A DNA stretch of 64,000 nucleotides from Eledone cirrhosa (taxonomy: Eukaryota), in assembly GCA_964016885.1 (NCBI GenBank), contig OZ024740.1, forward strand, positions 190,402,001 to 190,466,000, in the 5' to 3' direction. This document shows, piece after piece, positions 42,530 to 56,137 of this stretch. The notes under the pieces were generated by a model that was not told the DNA's origin, ran no database searches, and worked only from the letters and a program-made list of their open reading frames with translations. Within the stretch, counting starts at the first letter, position 1. Every line of letters begins with the position of its first letter. The translations under genes were made by a program, and so were the position numbers.

Positions 42530-42845
42530 CTTAGGCGGTCGATGAATTAAAGTACCAGTAACAACTGATATGAATTTAATCGACTTTCCACTCTCTCACA
42601 TCTGTTGGCCTTGTGCCTAATTGTGACACTACGTCACTGGACTGGCAGTATCGCTAGTGCGTCGGCACCTGCTTTGGAGCATAGAGCTACAGTCCTTTGC
42701 GTTCTCAGTTCAAATGCTGTTATAGTTAACTTTGCCTTACGGGGTCGATAACGTAAAGTAGCAGTAATGCACTGGGGTAGATTTAATCTACTTTCCCCTC
42801 CGATTTATATTGGTGGCCTTGTGGTTAAAATAGAAACAATTAATA
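42530..42845 (+). mobile_element. Two adjacent diverged SINE copies (42530-42622, 42638-42845)
   Basis: GGTCGAT...AAAGTACCAGTAA cores and GGCCTTGTG...AGAAACAAT-type tails. Confidence 0.75.
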
Positions 42846-42990
42846 CTAATTTGCATAATATAATTGAGATTATCTAATAGTAAATGAGATGTATTAATAA
42901 TAACTAAACAAATACGATATATTAGCTACGGTGTCATAACTATTCCTTTCTCAAATATTATCCATGTAACACATTACATGGGTAAAATTA

Positions 42991-43156
42991 ACGTATTTCC
43001 CGGCGTTGAAGACGCTACTCTTTTCCTAAAATAAGTCTCAAAAATCTACCATGAGTGTCGGAGGTCAAATGTTGTTTATTATTTTTTTCAGATTTTTGGT
43101 TGTCAATTTTAAGAGCGTCCTCGAGAACGAAACGTCTTCAGCGCCGGGAAATACGG
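42991..43156. mobile_element. Tc2/pogo-like MITE, 166 bp
   Basis: 24-bp TIRs (A/C)CGTATTTCCCGGCG(T/C)TGAAGACG; TA at both flanks. Confidence 0.88.
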
Positions 43157-43339
43157 TATTTATGCAATATGACTGCCGGAAGAGAATTCCATAGTAAACA
43201 ATATGCAAAAATTAATCAAATATTAAATTGCAAGAACCTCGCAATCTATATTTTGAAACGTAGAATTACTCACATGCTTAACAATATCATATATTTAAGT
43301 AGATTCCAAAATATATATATATATTTATATACAATATTA

Positions 43340-43470
43340 ACAATATTAAATAAATGTAAAACTATATTTATAAAACCATATTTATTTCATTATATATATT
43401 TCTGGGATATCATATTAACAATATGCTGTGCCTTCATCAGACAAAATACAATATAAACAGTTTTATAGAC
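43340..43470 (-). repeat. Family C 3' end with HHR-like core
   Basis: Matches 4021-4140; TTCATCAG at ~43433-43440. Confidence 0.65.
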
Positions 43471-43957
43471 AAATAGGTTCGACATACCGTTATAACACCG
43501 ACTTCATTTGAAGAGGTTTACGCTGGCTGTGAAAAAATTTTACGACAGACAGAAAGAAAAAGAGAGAAAACAGAAAGAAAGACAGAAAACGAAGAAAAGG
43601 AAGAAAAAGAAGAGAAAGAGGAAATGCATGGAACAAAATAGAGAGATGGAAAGATAGATAAAGCGAAGAACTTCATGTAAAGAAACAGAAAGAGATATAT
43701 ATATATAGAGAGAGGAAATAGAGATAGATACATATATATATATAGAAAATTAGGTAGTGGGAGGTCATTTTGAGTAAATGTATCAATGATACGTTTATTT
43801 ATTTATTTATTTATTTAGCTCAAGTATTAATGTAAGGGAGATATATAGAGAGAGAAAAATATAGAGAGAAAAAAAATATAGAGAGAGGAAAAAATAGCGA
43901 GAGAAAAAAATTTTTAAAAATAGCCAGATATATTCGAGGCGTAAAAACCCTATGCTT

Positions 43958-44009
<52 letters not shown>

Positions 44010-44070
44010 ATAATATATATATATATATATATAGATAGATAGATAGATAGATAGATATAGATATACATAT

Positions 44071-44677
44071 GGTGGCTGCCAACTCGTTTTCGAGTATGGG
44101 CACTACTTTATATCCATGTAGGAGAACCCCTACCGATGCACTGAACGAGTGTGACCTTTTATTCCAGCCACCGACTTGAAAACTCTGGTACAAACACTAC
44201 ACTTCTGACAATTATTGACACATAGTGCTGGGCCCATGGTACCATGTGATGACAAGTGCAGAGAGATCTCCAGATATAAAGCAATGCCTGTGCCGTGAAG
44301 CTTTTATAGTGAGCAAAGGCACTGCACAAAGCCAGTCCCACTCTCTTAACCAAGATGATATTTACGAAACAGAAGTACAATCAACATCATTGGATACTAT
44401 CAGGGTTGCAGGTGCTATATCAGAGTTTTCCTTCTCCTATAATTCTGCCTTGACAAAGGCTAAGGGGTCATCTCTCCCGGTGATTTTGGATGGCCATTGA
44501 CTCTTAAGAGCTCCTTTGGCCTTTGACAGGTTTTGTTTTTAGTCCTGCAGGATGTCCAAAGTCACCCTCCTCACCAAGAAACCTTGGTGGTGTTTCCAGT
44601 TTAGTCGCCAACGACCCGACCATGAGACATGTTGTACTGGGATACATGTTACCAGTAGCACCAACTGGTGACCTGAC
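44071..44677 (-). mobile_element. Unassigned GC-richer interspersed repeat between microsatellites, possibly an RTE 5' region
   Basis: Sharp compositional boundaries; AGGAGAAGGAAAACTCTGA motif recalled from RTE-related leaders (not verified). Confidence 0.35.
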
Positions 44678-44724
44678 ATATATACATATGCATATATACA
44701 TACATACATACATACATACATACA

Positions 44725-44758
<34 letters not shown>

Positions 44759-45972
44759 CATATATACATATGTAAGCGTATAAATATATATGTGTGTATG
44801 TGCTTGTGTATGTGTGCGAGTGTTTGTGTGTATGTATAAATCACGAAATAAATATTTCCATGTCAATATATTTCTACATTAACACAGGCTTAACGTTTTA
44901 CATACATAGAGATAGAGAGAGAAAGACTCTTGACACACACACGCACACAAATACATACATAAACGCACACACACACACACACACATACACACATACTTGC
45001 ATGCGCGCCTACACGCACATACCTATTATGAATGATGTAGTCAGTGAAACCTTGGACCTATCGCTCAATCATTCTCTCGAAAAGATCTAATTCTACGTCA
45101 AATAATTACATCAATTCCCAGTTGAGAATGTGTTATATTTCATCTGCAAAGAAAATCAGTTTCTGAACCACCTGTCCCGTGGAGAATATCAATTGAAATG
45201 AAATGGTTAATATGACATTACACTTACATAGTTTACACCGTGAAATACGTCAGGAAATTATCTTATACTACGTTGTGGAAACGACGCTATATATTACACG
45301 TTCATGTATATCCTTACCCTCGTATTGGCGGATATTATAATACATAAACTTCTCTTTCCTGTTAGTTTGCGTTGGTTCTATTAAGAATTTTGTTTGATTT
45401 ATTTGCGCCATAAACTACGGTGGACGTAAGGCGTAACCGTTGATAAGAATGTGTTTAGTAACACTTAAATGTTATTGTTCATTTGGGCCTTCCGTTATCG
45501 GAGTCAGAGTCCTTTTGCTTTCTCATTTAGCTGGTGTCACATGATTTTGGCGATTTATGATGTAGCCGCTGATTCGACTTTGGGGATATGTATCCTATAC
45601 AGTCTGAGTGGAGCTAATTTGACCTTTCTGTGATATCTGGGGCTGGTGTTTTGAAATTGATTATGAAATGAATATCCCAGCGGCACATCGTAGTTGCACA
45701 CATTTGAAAGTTCTAGGGATTGCCGAGTTGACATTTTCGGTGCTCGGTGTGAACGGTTTGATCCGTTAATGAAGCTACATTTAATGCTCGGTGGTGATTA
45801 CTTGATCACGGCGTTGAAAGAGTAGATTGACGAAGCATGTTTCCGCTCGGGCATTCCTACAGTCTGAACATGATAGTTAATTCCACATTTGTATTTGTTC
45901 TCGTATAGCCCCTCATAGATACATAAGATTATATGGTGGGCAATAGACTAGAATTTCTGCACCAATTCTGAT

Positions 45973-46007
<35 letters not shown>

Positions 46008-46011
<4 letters not shown>

Positions 46012-46645
46012 ATATTAACAAATGGAAACTATATTTATAAAACCATATTTATTTCATTATACATATTTCAAGAACACCAAAGCAAATTATGGTGCGCTTT
46101 CATCGGATAAAATATAATATAGATAAGTTTTATCAACAAATATTGACATACCCTTAAAGAATGCAACCATGTCGGTTGGAAGCCCCCGGATAGTGTAATG
46201 TCCGCAATAGGGAGGGATCGTTTTGGGTTCACACACACCCCCGAAAAAAATGTGCGATCCTTCTCCACGGGAGCACAAGGAGAGGGTGCCACCTTCTTCC
46301 TTTAACCTTTTCCACCTACAGGCTGAGGTAGAGAGAAGGCCCATTCACACAGGCCATTCTCGAAACTTTCACCCACCTTTCATAAAACTCGCTGGGGTGG
46401 TGCAGCTCTCTCTCCATCGTGATCCTTCTTCCGAAATGGTATCGGAAGAAAAGGACCAGTTGTTGCCGGAAGCTTCCAACCGACATGGTTGCATTCTTTA
46501 AAGCTATGTCAATATTTGTTTATAAAAGTGATCTATATTATATTTTATCTGATGAAAGCGCACCATAATTTGCTTTGGTGTCCTTGAAATATGTATAATG
46601 AAATAAATATGGTTTTATAAATATAGCTTCCATTTGTTAATATAT
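46008..46645. repeat. Fold-back family C element: ~180-bp arms, ~280-nt spacer
   Basis: 46008-46190 is the reverse complement of ~46467-46645. Confidence 0.88.
46543..46603 (+). ncRNA. Type I hammerhead ribozyme, intact core (family C)
   Basis: TTTTAT-CTGATGA-AAGCGCACCA..TGGTGTCCTT-GAAAT-ATGT-ATA-ATGAAA; predicted cut after 46597. Confidence 0.78.
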
Positions 46646-46718
46646 TGTATTTTTACTCCAAACATTTGTTGAGTGCTTTATATCAGTTATAAAAAAAATG
46701 TGCGTGTTGTATCCTAAC

Positions 46719-46810
<92 letters not shown>

Positions 46811-47048
46811 AGCTAGGAATTCAGAATGCAAGTTTTATACAGTATATAATTATTTGATATAACATATTTTAATCGGCTAATTGTGAGTTACAGGAAAATC
46901 TGAATATAAATCATACAATATATTAGCTTTTTAAATATGCTGGTGCTGTATGTCTATGAGATGATTAATGGTACATGCATTGGCACTGCATAGTGATCTT
47001 AATGCAATGCATAATTCCAAGATACGTATAAAGACACATACATATTAC

Positions 47049-47845
47049 ATTTTTTCAATCACATATTTTTTTATTTGTTTGACCCGAATTGCTTGGCCAT
47101 TTCTATGGTTATGCGGATGACGGTTTAACCATCTTTTTCAGCGTGTTTGGCCTTTAACGTATGTTTTAGCTCTGGTTCGTCAGAATTATTGAGCGCTTTC
47201 GGAAGTTGTTTTTCGCTAATTTATATTTGTATTAATCTCCAGAGTCTAGCTATTGACCAGTTAATTTTCTTGATTTTTTTTAGTTGATTCTATTGACTGA
47301 TGAATAGCTTTTGTTAACTTATAACCATTCTGTTGAGAGCTGAATTCGTTTTGTGATATTTTGCATTTTTGCAATAATATACACATACTGAATTTCTTCC
47401 CCCAAAATAAGGGTCGCCTCCCTTGTCGAGCCCCACGTGGGTATCGGAAACGGTCATTCCTTGCCTGGCACTTGAACTGTTGAGAAAGTGACTTCCTTGT
47501 TCAATACTCTTACCAGAAACCTAACATTATTTGTCTAAATGGACAGTACTTGATTTAGGGGTCGCAGAAACGCAAATGCTGGATTTTACCAACCATGCAG
47601 GGGCCCGGGTAAATTTTTTCAATCACATATTTTTTTATTTGTTTGACCCGAATTACTTGGTCCTTTCTATTGCTGCGCGGATGACGGTTTAACCATCGTC
47701 TCAGTGTGTTTGGCCTTTAACCTTTGTTGTACCTCTTGTTGTAGCTCTTGTTCGTCAGAATTATTGAGCGCTTGCCACACATCTCGGAAGTTGTTTTTCG
47801 CTAATTCCAAAGCCGAAATACGATTCTCGCTAATTTATATTTGTA
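47049..47845 (+). repeat. ~600-nt unit superfamily (subfamily F), 1.4 copies, period ~564
   Basis: ATTTTTTCAATCACATATT...TTTGACCCGAATT at 47049 and 47613; reverse complement of 60657-61160. Confidence 0.85.
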
Positions 47846-47862
47846 TATATATATATATATAT

Positions 47863-48007
47863 AACAAAGGAATTGTGGTAAGGAACCAGATGGGCCATAA
47901 CGCCCCAGAGTACTCAATACTTAGGGTAGTAGAGTGGGAAATAGGTAAAAGTATGACACCGACGTCGAAACGGCTTCAGCTCTGCCGTCGGGGTCATACT
48001 TATACCT

Positions 48008-48092
<85 letters not shown>

Positions 48093-48170
48093 TAACGAAG
48101 GAATTGTGGTAAGGAAACTGATGGATCATAACGCACCAGAGTACTCAATACTTAGGGTAGTAGATTGGGT
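47863..48170. repeat. Family A copies, one folding back at the HHR half
   Basis: AAC.AAGGAATTGTGGTAAGGAA at 47863 and ~48094; TCGAAACGGCTTCAGCTCTGCCGTCGGGG at ~47965. Confidence 0.8.
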
Positions 48171-48193
48171 TATAATTTCTCCTATATATACGT

Positions 48194-48283
<90 letters not shown>

Positions 48284-48517
48284 TGAAATAGGAAAAAGAA
48301 AAAATATATTTATTTAAAGGATCTGTATTTCTTTTTTTCTTTATTTATTTGTCATAGTGACATTATTGAAAAAATGAGAGGAAATATTTCCGTCTATATG
48401 TGTGTGTATCTCAATTGTGTTAAAGGACTGGTCAAGAGTTAAGATGGGGCTGGCAAAGAGGTGAAATATAAGCTAAAGTGGGGGAGAGGTATATAGCATG
48501 GCTCCTCTCATTTTTTT

Positions 48518-48672
48518 CAATAATTGTTTCTACTTTTTGCACAAGGCCAGCAATTATCCCAGTGTATTAGTGGTACTTTATTTTATCGACCTCGTAAGGA
48601 TGAAAGACAAAGATATCCTTGGCGGGATTTGAACTCAGAATGGCAAGGGCCATAACTCTTTGCTGCAAAGCA
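48518..48672 (-). mobile_element. SINE, 5'-truncated
   Basis: Reverse complement of most of 21170-21325. Confidence 0.85.
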
Positions 48673-51600
48673 TGTGGTGCTTTTCTATGTGGCGCGTTTC
48701 TATGTTAGTTCCGTGCGTTAAGGTTGCTGTTCAACCTAGTGGCATAACAAGTTATCGTTATAGGTAATCCAGTTAGAGGTTGTGAGTACTCTGAGTCGTG
48801 GATAGTGTTAAAGTACGGCTTTGTTTGACTCAACAAGATGTTTCCATATTTAGGCAGCGAGTTCGCGAGCATTCTTATGTAGGTTAAACTTGGAGTAATA
48901 ATAGTGAACGATTGAAGAGTAACATGGTCGGCTGTACAACAAGGGGCTTTATTTTAGGTATTAACAATTGTTTCATTGATCAGGTGAGTCTAGAGGCCGC
49001 TAATCGCTCGACGTTGCGTCACTCGATCTCCAGTATATTATTTACCTCTGATGAAATCCTCAAAATACAAATAATGCATACATGGCATGGTATATATATA
49101 GAGAGAGAAATAGCGTAGAATCTAAACACTAACAGCAATAATACAATATAATTATAAATAGGTAAAGAAGTTACAGATGTAAAAAGTAAAAAGTACGAAA
49201 ATACAAAGTAATGAAAGATATAAACAAATAAAGATAAGTGAGATCATATAAGGACAGAATGCGATAGTTGATACTAGTGGTGGTGGTGAGTAAGTGTCTG
49301 TAAAGGGATACTGGGGTGGGTGTAGTGCTAACATGAAAAGCCAAATTCAAAATATACATAGACACGTGTAGAGTATCTGAAGTAGTAACAAATGACAGAT
49401 AAATAAAAACAATAAATTAGAAATTAAGTAGGATTTACTAGTATGAGACCCAAAGGGTAAGGATGGATGGGGGGGGATATGTGTGTGTGTGGTAAATGTT
49501 TCGCTGATTGTCTTGTGCTAACGCGGTTGATGTAGTGTCAGGGAGAGTGGGTGAAAGAGCTGTGAAGAGATTTGATCTAGTGACCAGTCAGCTATTTGAC
49601 AGCTAATAGCTGTGTTATCGTATGTATTCCGTACGGTAAAATCCAGGTGGTTCAGTTCTAATTGTGGGATTGCTGGGACGAATCACAGTGGTTGGAAATT
49701 TGTGAACTTGGTAACTATTTTGTGCCTACAGATAATTGATTTTCCTATTTTGCTGTTAAGCAGCATCTTATCGTACCTTGAAATATGGAATAGCTCTATA
49801 TTGCAAAGTCTACAGTGGGACATTCCATTGTTGTAGGTCCTTTCTCCCGATAATTTTGTCCAGCTAATCATTTACTCCTGGTTTGTGTTTTAAAACTGCC
49901 AGATTTTATTGGCGAGCGTCGTAGAGTTCTCCAATCTACAGTTTTTCATGGAATGTCTGAGAATAAACTATCTTTTTTTAGCTCCCCAGCCGTTGAACCT
50001 ATGTAGTGCCATGGGAAGTTGCCTGAATTTATAGTAAATATGTACATCATACTTGAATCCAGGCATCTATATTGTAGTGGGCACTTATCTGGTAGCTGGC
50101 AGTTACAGTTTGGGGATTTTCTGTGTGCAGGTTCTCCGTTGCGGTTTTGCATGTTGTTATGCGTAGGTTGAGATTCAGGCCTATTAATTTGTTTTTGTGA
50201 TGCGCCCTGATGTGTGTGTGGTTGTGATATTGTTATGTGTTTGCGTTTTGTATTTGGTGCTATGGTGTATGTTAGTAGGTTATTTTCTTTATAGATTCGT
50301 TTGTGGTTGATTTTATATATGTGTGATACTATGTTGGCTGCAGTAGAGTAAGATAGTTTGATAGTTTTTCTGTTAAAGATTATATGGTGTTTGTGTAGTT
50401 TAGGGAAGTGTTTTTCAATTGGCTTAAAGAATGTAGAATGTAGTTTGATTGTTATAGAGGAGTTGAATATTGGATTGAACTATAAGTATTTCCTATCTCT
50501 GGAGTTTCTATAGTTCCTAGGGATCCTTAAATTAGTGTTCGGTTCAGTTATTTTGAATGCTCGTTGTATAATTCTATGTTTATTCCTATGTTTGTTATTT
50601 CTATAGGTGTGGGTAGTGTACCAATCGTTAGGTTCGTTGTTGCTGTCTCTCTCTGGTATGTATTCGACCCCTCTTTATTTTCTGCCTTATGTAAAGCTAT
50701 GTTATAATAGTTTGCATGTCCGTTAACATTCTCTAGGTCAGATGATAGGCGGGATATTCTAAGTGATATACAATGTGCTATGGAGTTAATTATGGATCGA
50801 GGGGGGTTTGAGTTATGACTAATGTAGTTTAGATTCTCGTTATTTGTATGGAAGGGCTCTATTAATCCTGTGTTTAGGTTGAGTGTTACATGAAAGAAGT
50901 TTCCTTTTTTAGAGTTAAGTTCGACGGTGGTGCCTAGGCTAGTTTGTCGAAGAAGACTGATATTTTCCCTAGTGTTTCCATGTTTTGATTATTTAAGTTT
51001 TTAGCTAAAAGGATGTGTCGTCTCTATAAATTCCTCCCTGGAGGTTATTAAATTCCTTATATAAGTTGTGCGCTATATGTATTGCCACTATGTATGTTAC
51101 CTGCGCTGAGTCGCTAGATCCCATTGTGATATCGAAGCTATTGTGTCTGTTTTTTCCTTCCCAGTAACTATTTTCGAATCTAATGATAGTCCTCCTAGCA
51201 GCTAGTATTATTTTAATATCATCAGAGATTAGGTTCTAGTTTTTCAGGGCAAAGGCTAACGCATTATCTAGGGTGAAAGGGTAGATGAACGAGTAGTTAA
51301 TGGAGTCATTAATGTCAAACTGTACGAAGTTGGATGTTTCCTTACTGTCTATTTTGCTGAAGCAGTCTATTGCTTCTTTAGTGTTACCCCATAGCTTAAT
51401 TACTAGTTTGTCCTTGATTTGGGCTATTACACTATCTAGTATATACTTGCTAATTATACATATATCCGATTTCGATGGGAATATTAATCTAATTGTGGGG
51501 TCTTTTTCGAAATTAATGTTGTGATCTTTTAGGTTATATGTGAGGTTACAAGTGGTTAGAAGTTCGGTTCTATCAGATATTTTCTGTTTTTGTTTTACTA

Positions 51601-54600
51601 TGCTATGTCCTTCCTTATTAATGTTAGTGTGATTCTGTTGTTTTCTTGTATTTTTAGTGTAGTTTACGGCGTATAAAGTTATTGTATATATTAAGTTTCA
51701 TGTTTGATGTTTTGTCCGCTTTTACTATAATACCTTTGGTATTGCGTAGTTTTCTTAGAAGCGCATTGATGTCGTTTTGCAGTTTGTTGTGATGTGTCCG
51801 TTTTTTTGTATTTGGTTCCATCTATCATGTTGATGAGGTCTTTTTCGAAGGCATCGAGCTGGAGGTTGTTCGGTGGTTTCTTGCAGAATGTGAATCGGTA
51901 TTATTCTCTAGTAAATTCCTCTTTTATTAGCGTGTCCTTTATCGTAGTGATAGGCCTTTGGCAGAGATAGTGTATTATCCAATTTGGCGGAGAAGTATTT
52001 AGAGAGTTGTAATGTCGCCACGAGGAACCAGGTTTGGTAGAAAGTTATGATAGGAATGTCGACAACGACTTTAGCTTGATTTTCATTATTTATTAACCAA
52101 GGTTAAAAAGTGAATTAGGCTGGCATGCCAAGAGAAATGAAATAATTCAATTAAGATTACAAGAGAAAATACGGTCGACTGGCTGAGGCGTTTAGCCAAT
52201 TCCGTAGTAAAATTGTTGTGTCGTTACATATTGTTTGTGCTGGCGAAGAAAAAGAACAAGTGGTGTTTACATTAGCACGGTCTAGCTGGAACTGATAGCG
52301 TCCTCAAATCTTTGCGGGCTATTTCTCCCTCAGAACGCGTAGGGATACATCCTTTTCTACTGGCGCTGATTGGTTGAGCTGAGCCAAATCACGCACAGAG
52401 AATGTATGTGAGCCCGCGGAATGTAGGTCACTACGTCACCTCCGAGCAGATTTTTAGCCGAAAATCGTTAACGATGAAGCCGAGGACCCCAGATTATTGA
52501 ATGAGCAAGAAAAAATGCTGAAAGAGCACATCAGTGAAAAAATAATTGAGCAGAAAGATGCATGCAAGAAAATAAAATGAGGCGCGACGGACCGTGTTGA
52601 GCCGCTGTCAAATGACTAGCTGTTTTGTAGTTTATACGTGACCACCAAAGGTCTACCAGAAAACAGATAAAGTCTGACATGGGCGAAGTTGCTGTTCTTG
52701 CATTAAATGTTAATGGTAAGTGTTGTACCAGTAGCTGTGGACGAAGCTATTATGGTAGTTTACCAGTGCTGGCAAGAAGATGATGGGTAGGCGAGAAAAT
52801 GTAGGCCTCCCAGATGTAATGCCGCATGTGCTAGGGAGCCAGGAAAAAATGGCTGGTGGCTTTGAAAAGAAAAAATAGCAAGTTGAATCTGTAGGTGGGT
52901 TGCAGTTCCATAATTCGGGCGAATCCACAGAAGTGTTGAAAATGCTGACAAGTCCAGTTCTATTTGTTGTTTTCCCGGTGAGTTGGGCAAGACAACAAGA
53001 TAGAGGTTGTTATTGACGATGAATGTGCAACGAGATGCGAAACTGCTTGAGTTCAGCTGCAAAAAGCATTCTCGTGTTGCGATGCAGGTGAATTAAGCTG
53101 TAAGTGTCGATAGCATGTTTTGGTACCTCCAGAAGGTGAAAATTGATCTCGCATAATATTACGACGCTTGAAGATCACATACCATAGATAACAACATGTT
53201 GGTGTGTGTATATATGCAGGCATGTAATACAGCAAAGAAAATATGTGCGTGCGGTCACATATACAATGATAGAGAGAAATGAATTTTCATATAATACAGT
53301 TTTTAAAAAAATAAATGTCCAAAATAAATGCATGAAAAAAGAGGAATAAAGAAAGAATTGTTTCTTTTCTTTTCACAAAAACTTCGCTTCTTTTTTCTTT
53401 GGGAACGCTCTTACTAGAGTTGTTGTTGTTAAAGCAAAGTCACAATGAATCTTCTGTAGATTAGAAGTCGAGCGTTGAAGAACCTAGTGTCACCAACATG
53501 GCAGCCACGTCTGACGCCATAATGGTGAGAAAACTAATGTCTTAATTTCTCGAGTCCTTGTGGTAATGAGACAGAAGGTATGGTGGTTGCGTCGGTAAAG
53601 TAACAAGCCGTTCCCTGGTGTTGGTTAATAATTAGCCATGTGTTGCTGCTGATGGCTGGTACTTGGTATAAGCCGTTTTGAAATATCATCGTGCCGAAAA
53701 GCTTTTGAAATACTGCTATTTTTTTTCTTTAAGAAATATTCTAAAGAAAATTTGAACAATAAAAAAAATAATTTTCCGTGAAAATTACTTGGCAAGAAAA
53801 TCCAAGATGGCCTATTGAAAAATGCGTCTGTGATAAAGAAGCCGTCATGTGGCACGATGCAGCCAATCAGAGGGCTGGGATTAGAGAAGACAAGCTGTAC
53901 GCGGGAAAACAAAATTCCTGAGACTCCATTTGTAATTTCAACAGAATGCCGAAAGCAAAATTCTATATCCAGAGAAATTCTTTTTTTTGTGTTGTATTTT
54001 TGTGTTCGTCTGTATGCGTGAGTTACTAGTGTTACTATGAAAGTTATGTCAGAAATATTGTGCAGGCCGCGTGCTTCAGCAAATGGAATATTATGAATTT
54101 TATGGACTTACGCTAAGTGAGTCTAGCTACCCGATTCGAACATTCCAAATGTTAAGCCACTCCACATTGCCATTAAAATGAATGGCGAATTCAAATAGGC
54201 TGCGTTTTCATGCTTAATCGTCGAGGGCCGCCAATTTGGTTGAGATAGTGTATTATCCAATTTAGCAGAGAAGTATTTAGAGCGTTGTAATGTCGCCAGG
54301 AGGAACCAGGTTTGGTAGAAAGATATGATAGGAATATCGACAACGACTTTAGCTTCTTTTTCATTATTTATTAACCAAGGTTAAGAAGTGAAATAGGCTG
54401 GCATGCCAAGAGAAAGGAAATCATTCAATTAAGATTACAAGAGAAAATACGGTCGACTGACTTAGGCGTTTAGCCAATTCCGTAGTAAAATTGTTGTGTC
54501 GTTACATATTGTTTGTACTGGTGGAGCAAAAGAACAAGTGGTGTTTACATTAGCACGGTCTAGCTGGAAGTGATAGCGTCCTCAAATCTTTGCGGGCTAT

Positions 54601-54975
54601 TTCTCGCTCAGAACGCGTAGGAATACATCCTCTTCTACTGGCGCTGATTGGCTGAGCTGAGCCAAATCAAGCACAGGGAATATATGTGAGCCCGCGGAAT
54701 GTAGGTCACTACAAGCCTTCCATCGAATTTGACGAGTGTATAGTCCTTGTTTGTAGGTATAGGTATGTTTTTTAAGGAAATGCCTACGTGGTGCTTTTCC
54801 ATGTTAGTTCCGTGCGTTAAGGTTGCTGCTGAACCTGGTGGAGCTGCGTATATGCAAGATGTTTCCATATTTATGCAGCGAGTTCGCGAGAATTCCTATG
54901 CAGGTTAAACTTGGAGTAATAATAGTGAAATATAATAGCGTAGAATAAAAACAATAACAGCAATAATAAAATAAC
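48673..54975 (-). mobile_element. Degenerate full-length Penelope-like element with direct pseudo-LTR, interrupted by an LTR element
   Basis: ORF remnants 54802 to 49683: MEKHHVGISLKNIPIP, RWKAYHY, FEKDL, FDITMGS (~51117-51136), YRDD (51017-51028), CNCQLPDKCPL...YIGST, CRLCNIE...CRH; 54788-54975 is repeated within 48675-49150. Confidence 0.9.
51959..54713 (-). mobile_element. Non-autonomous LTR retroelement, 2755 bp, 477-bp LTRs
   Basis: LTRs 51959-52435 and 54237-54713, TG...CA; 6-bp TSD GGCCTT/AGCCTT; PBS-like TGGCGGCCCTCGACGATT (minus, 54216-54233); no recognisable gag/pol. Confidence 0.88.
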
Positions 54976-55003
54976 TATATCTCTATCTCTATCTATGTAT
55001 GTA

Positions 55004-55888
<885 letters not shown>

Positions 55889-55924
55889 ACACACACACAC
55901 ACGCACACACACACATACATACAG

Positions 55925-56082
<158 letters not shown>

Positions 56083-56137
56083 GTATATATAAGTATGTAT
56101 GTATGCATATATACGTGTGTATATATAGAGAGAGAGA

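Noticed and set aside
45400-45960. Moderately GC-rich stretch that might be a decayed TE coding region
   Set aside because: No motif could be recognised in the frames read.
52710-54021. Short ORFs inside the LTR element as gag or env
   Set aside because: No CCHC, protease, RT or integrase motifs, and frequent stops.
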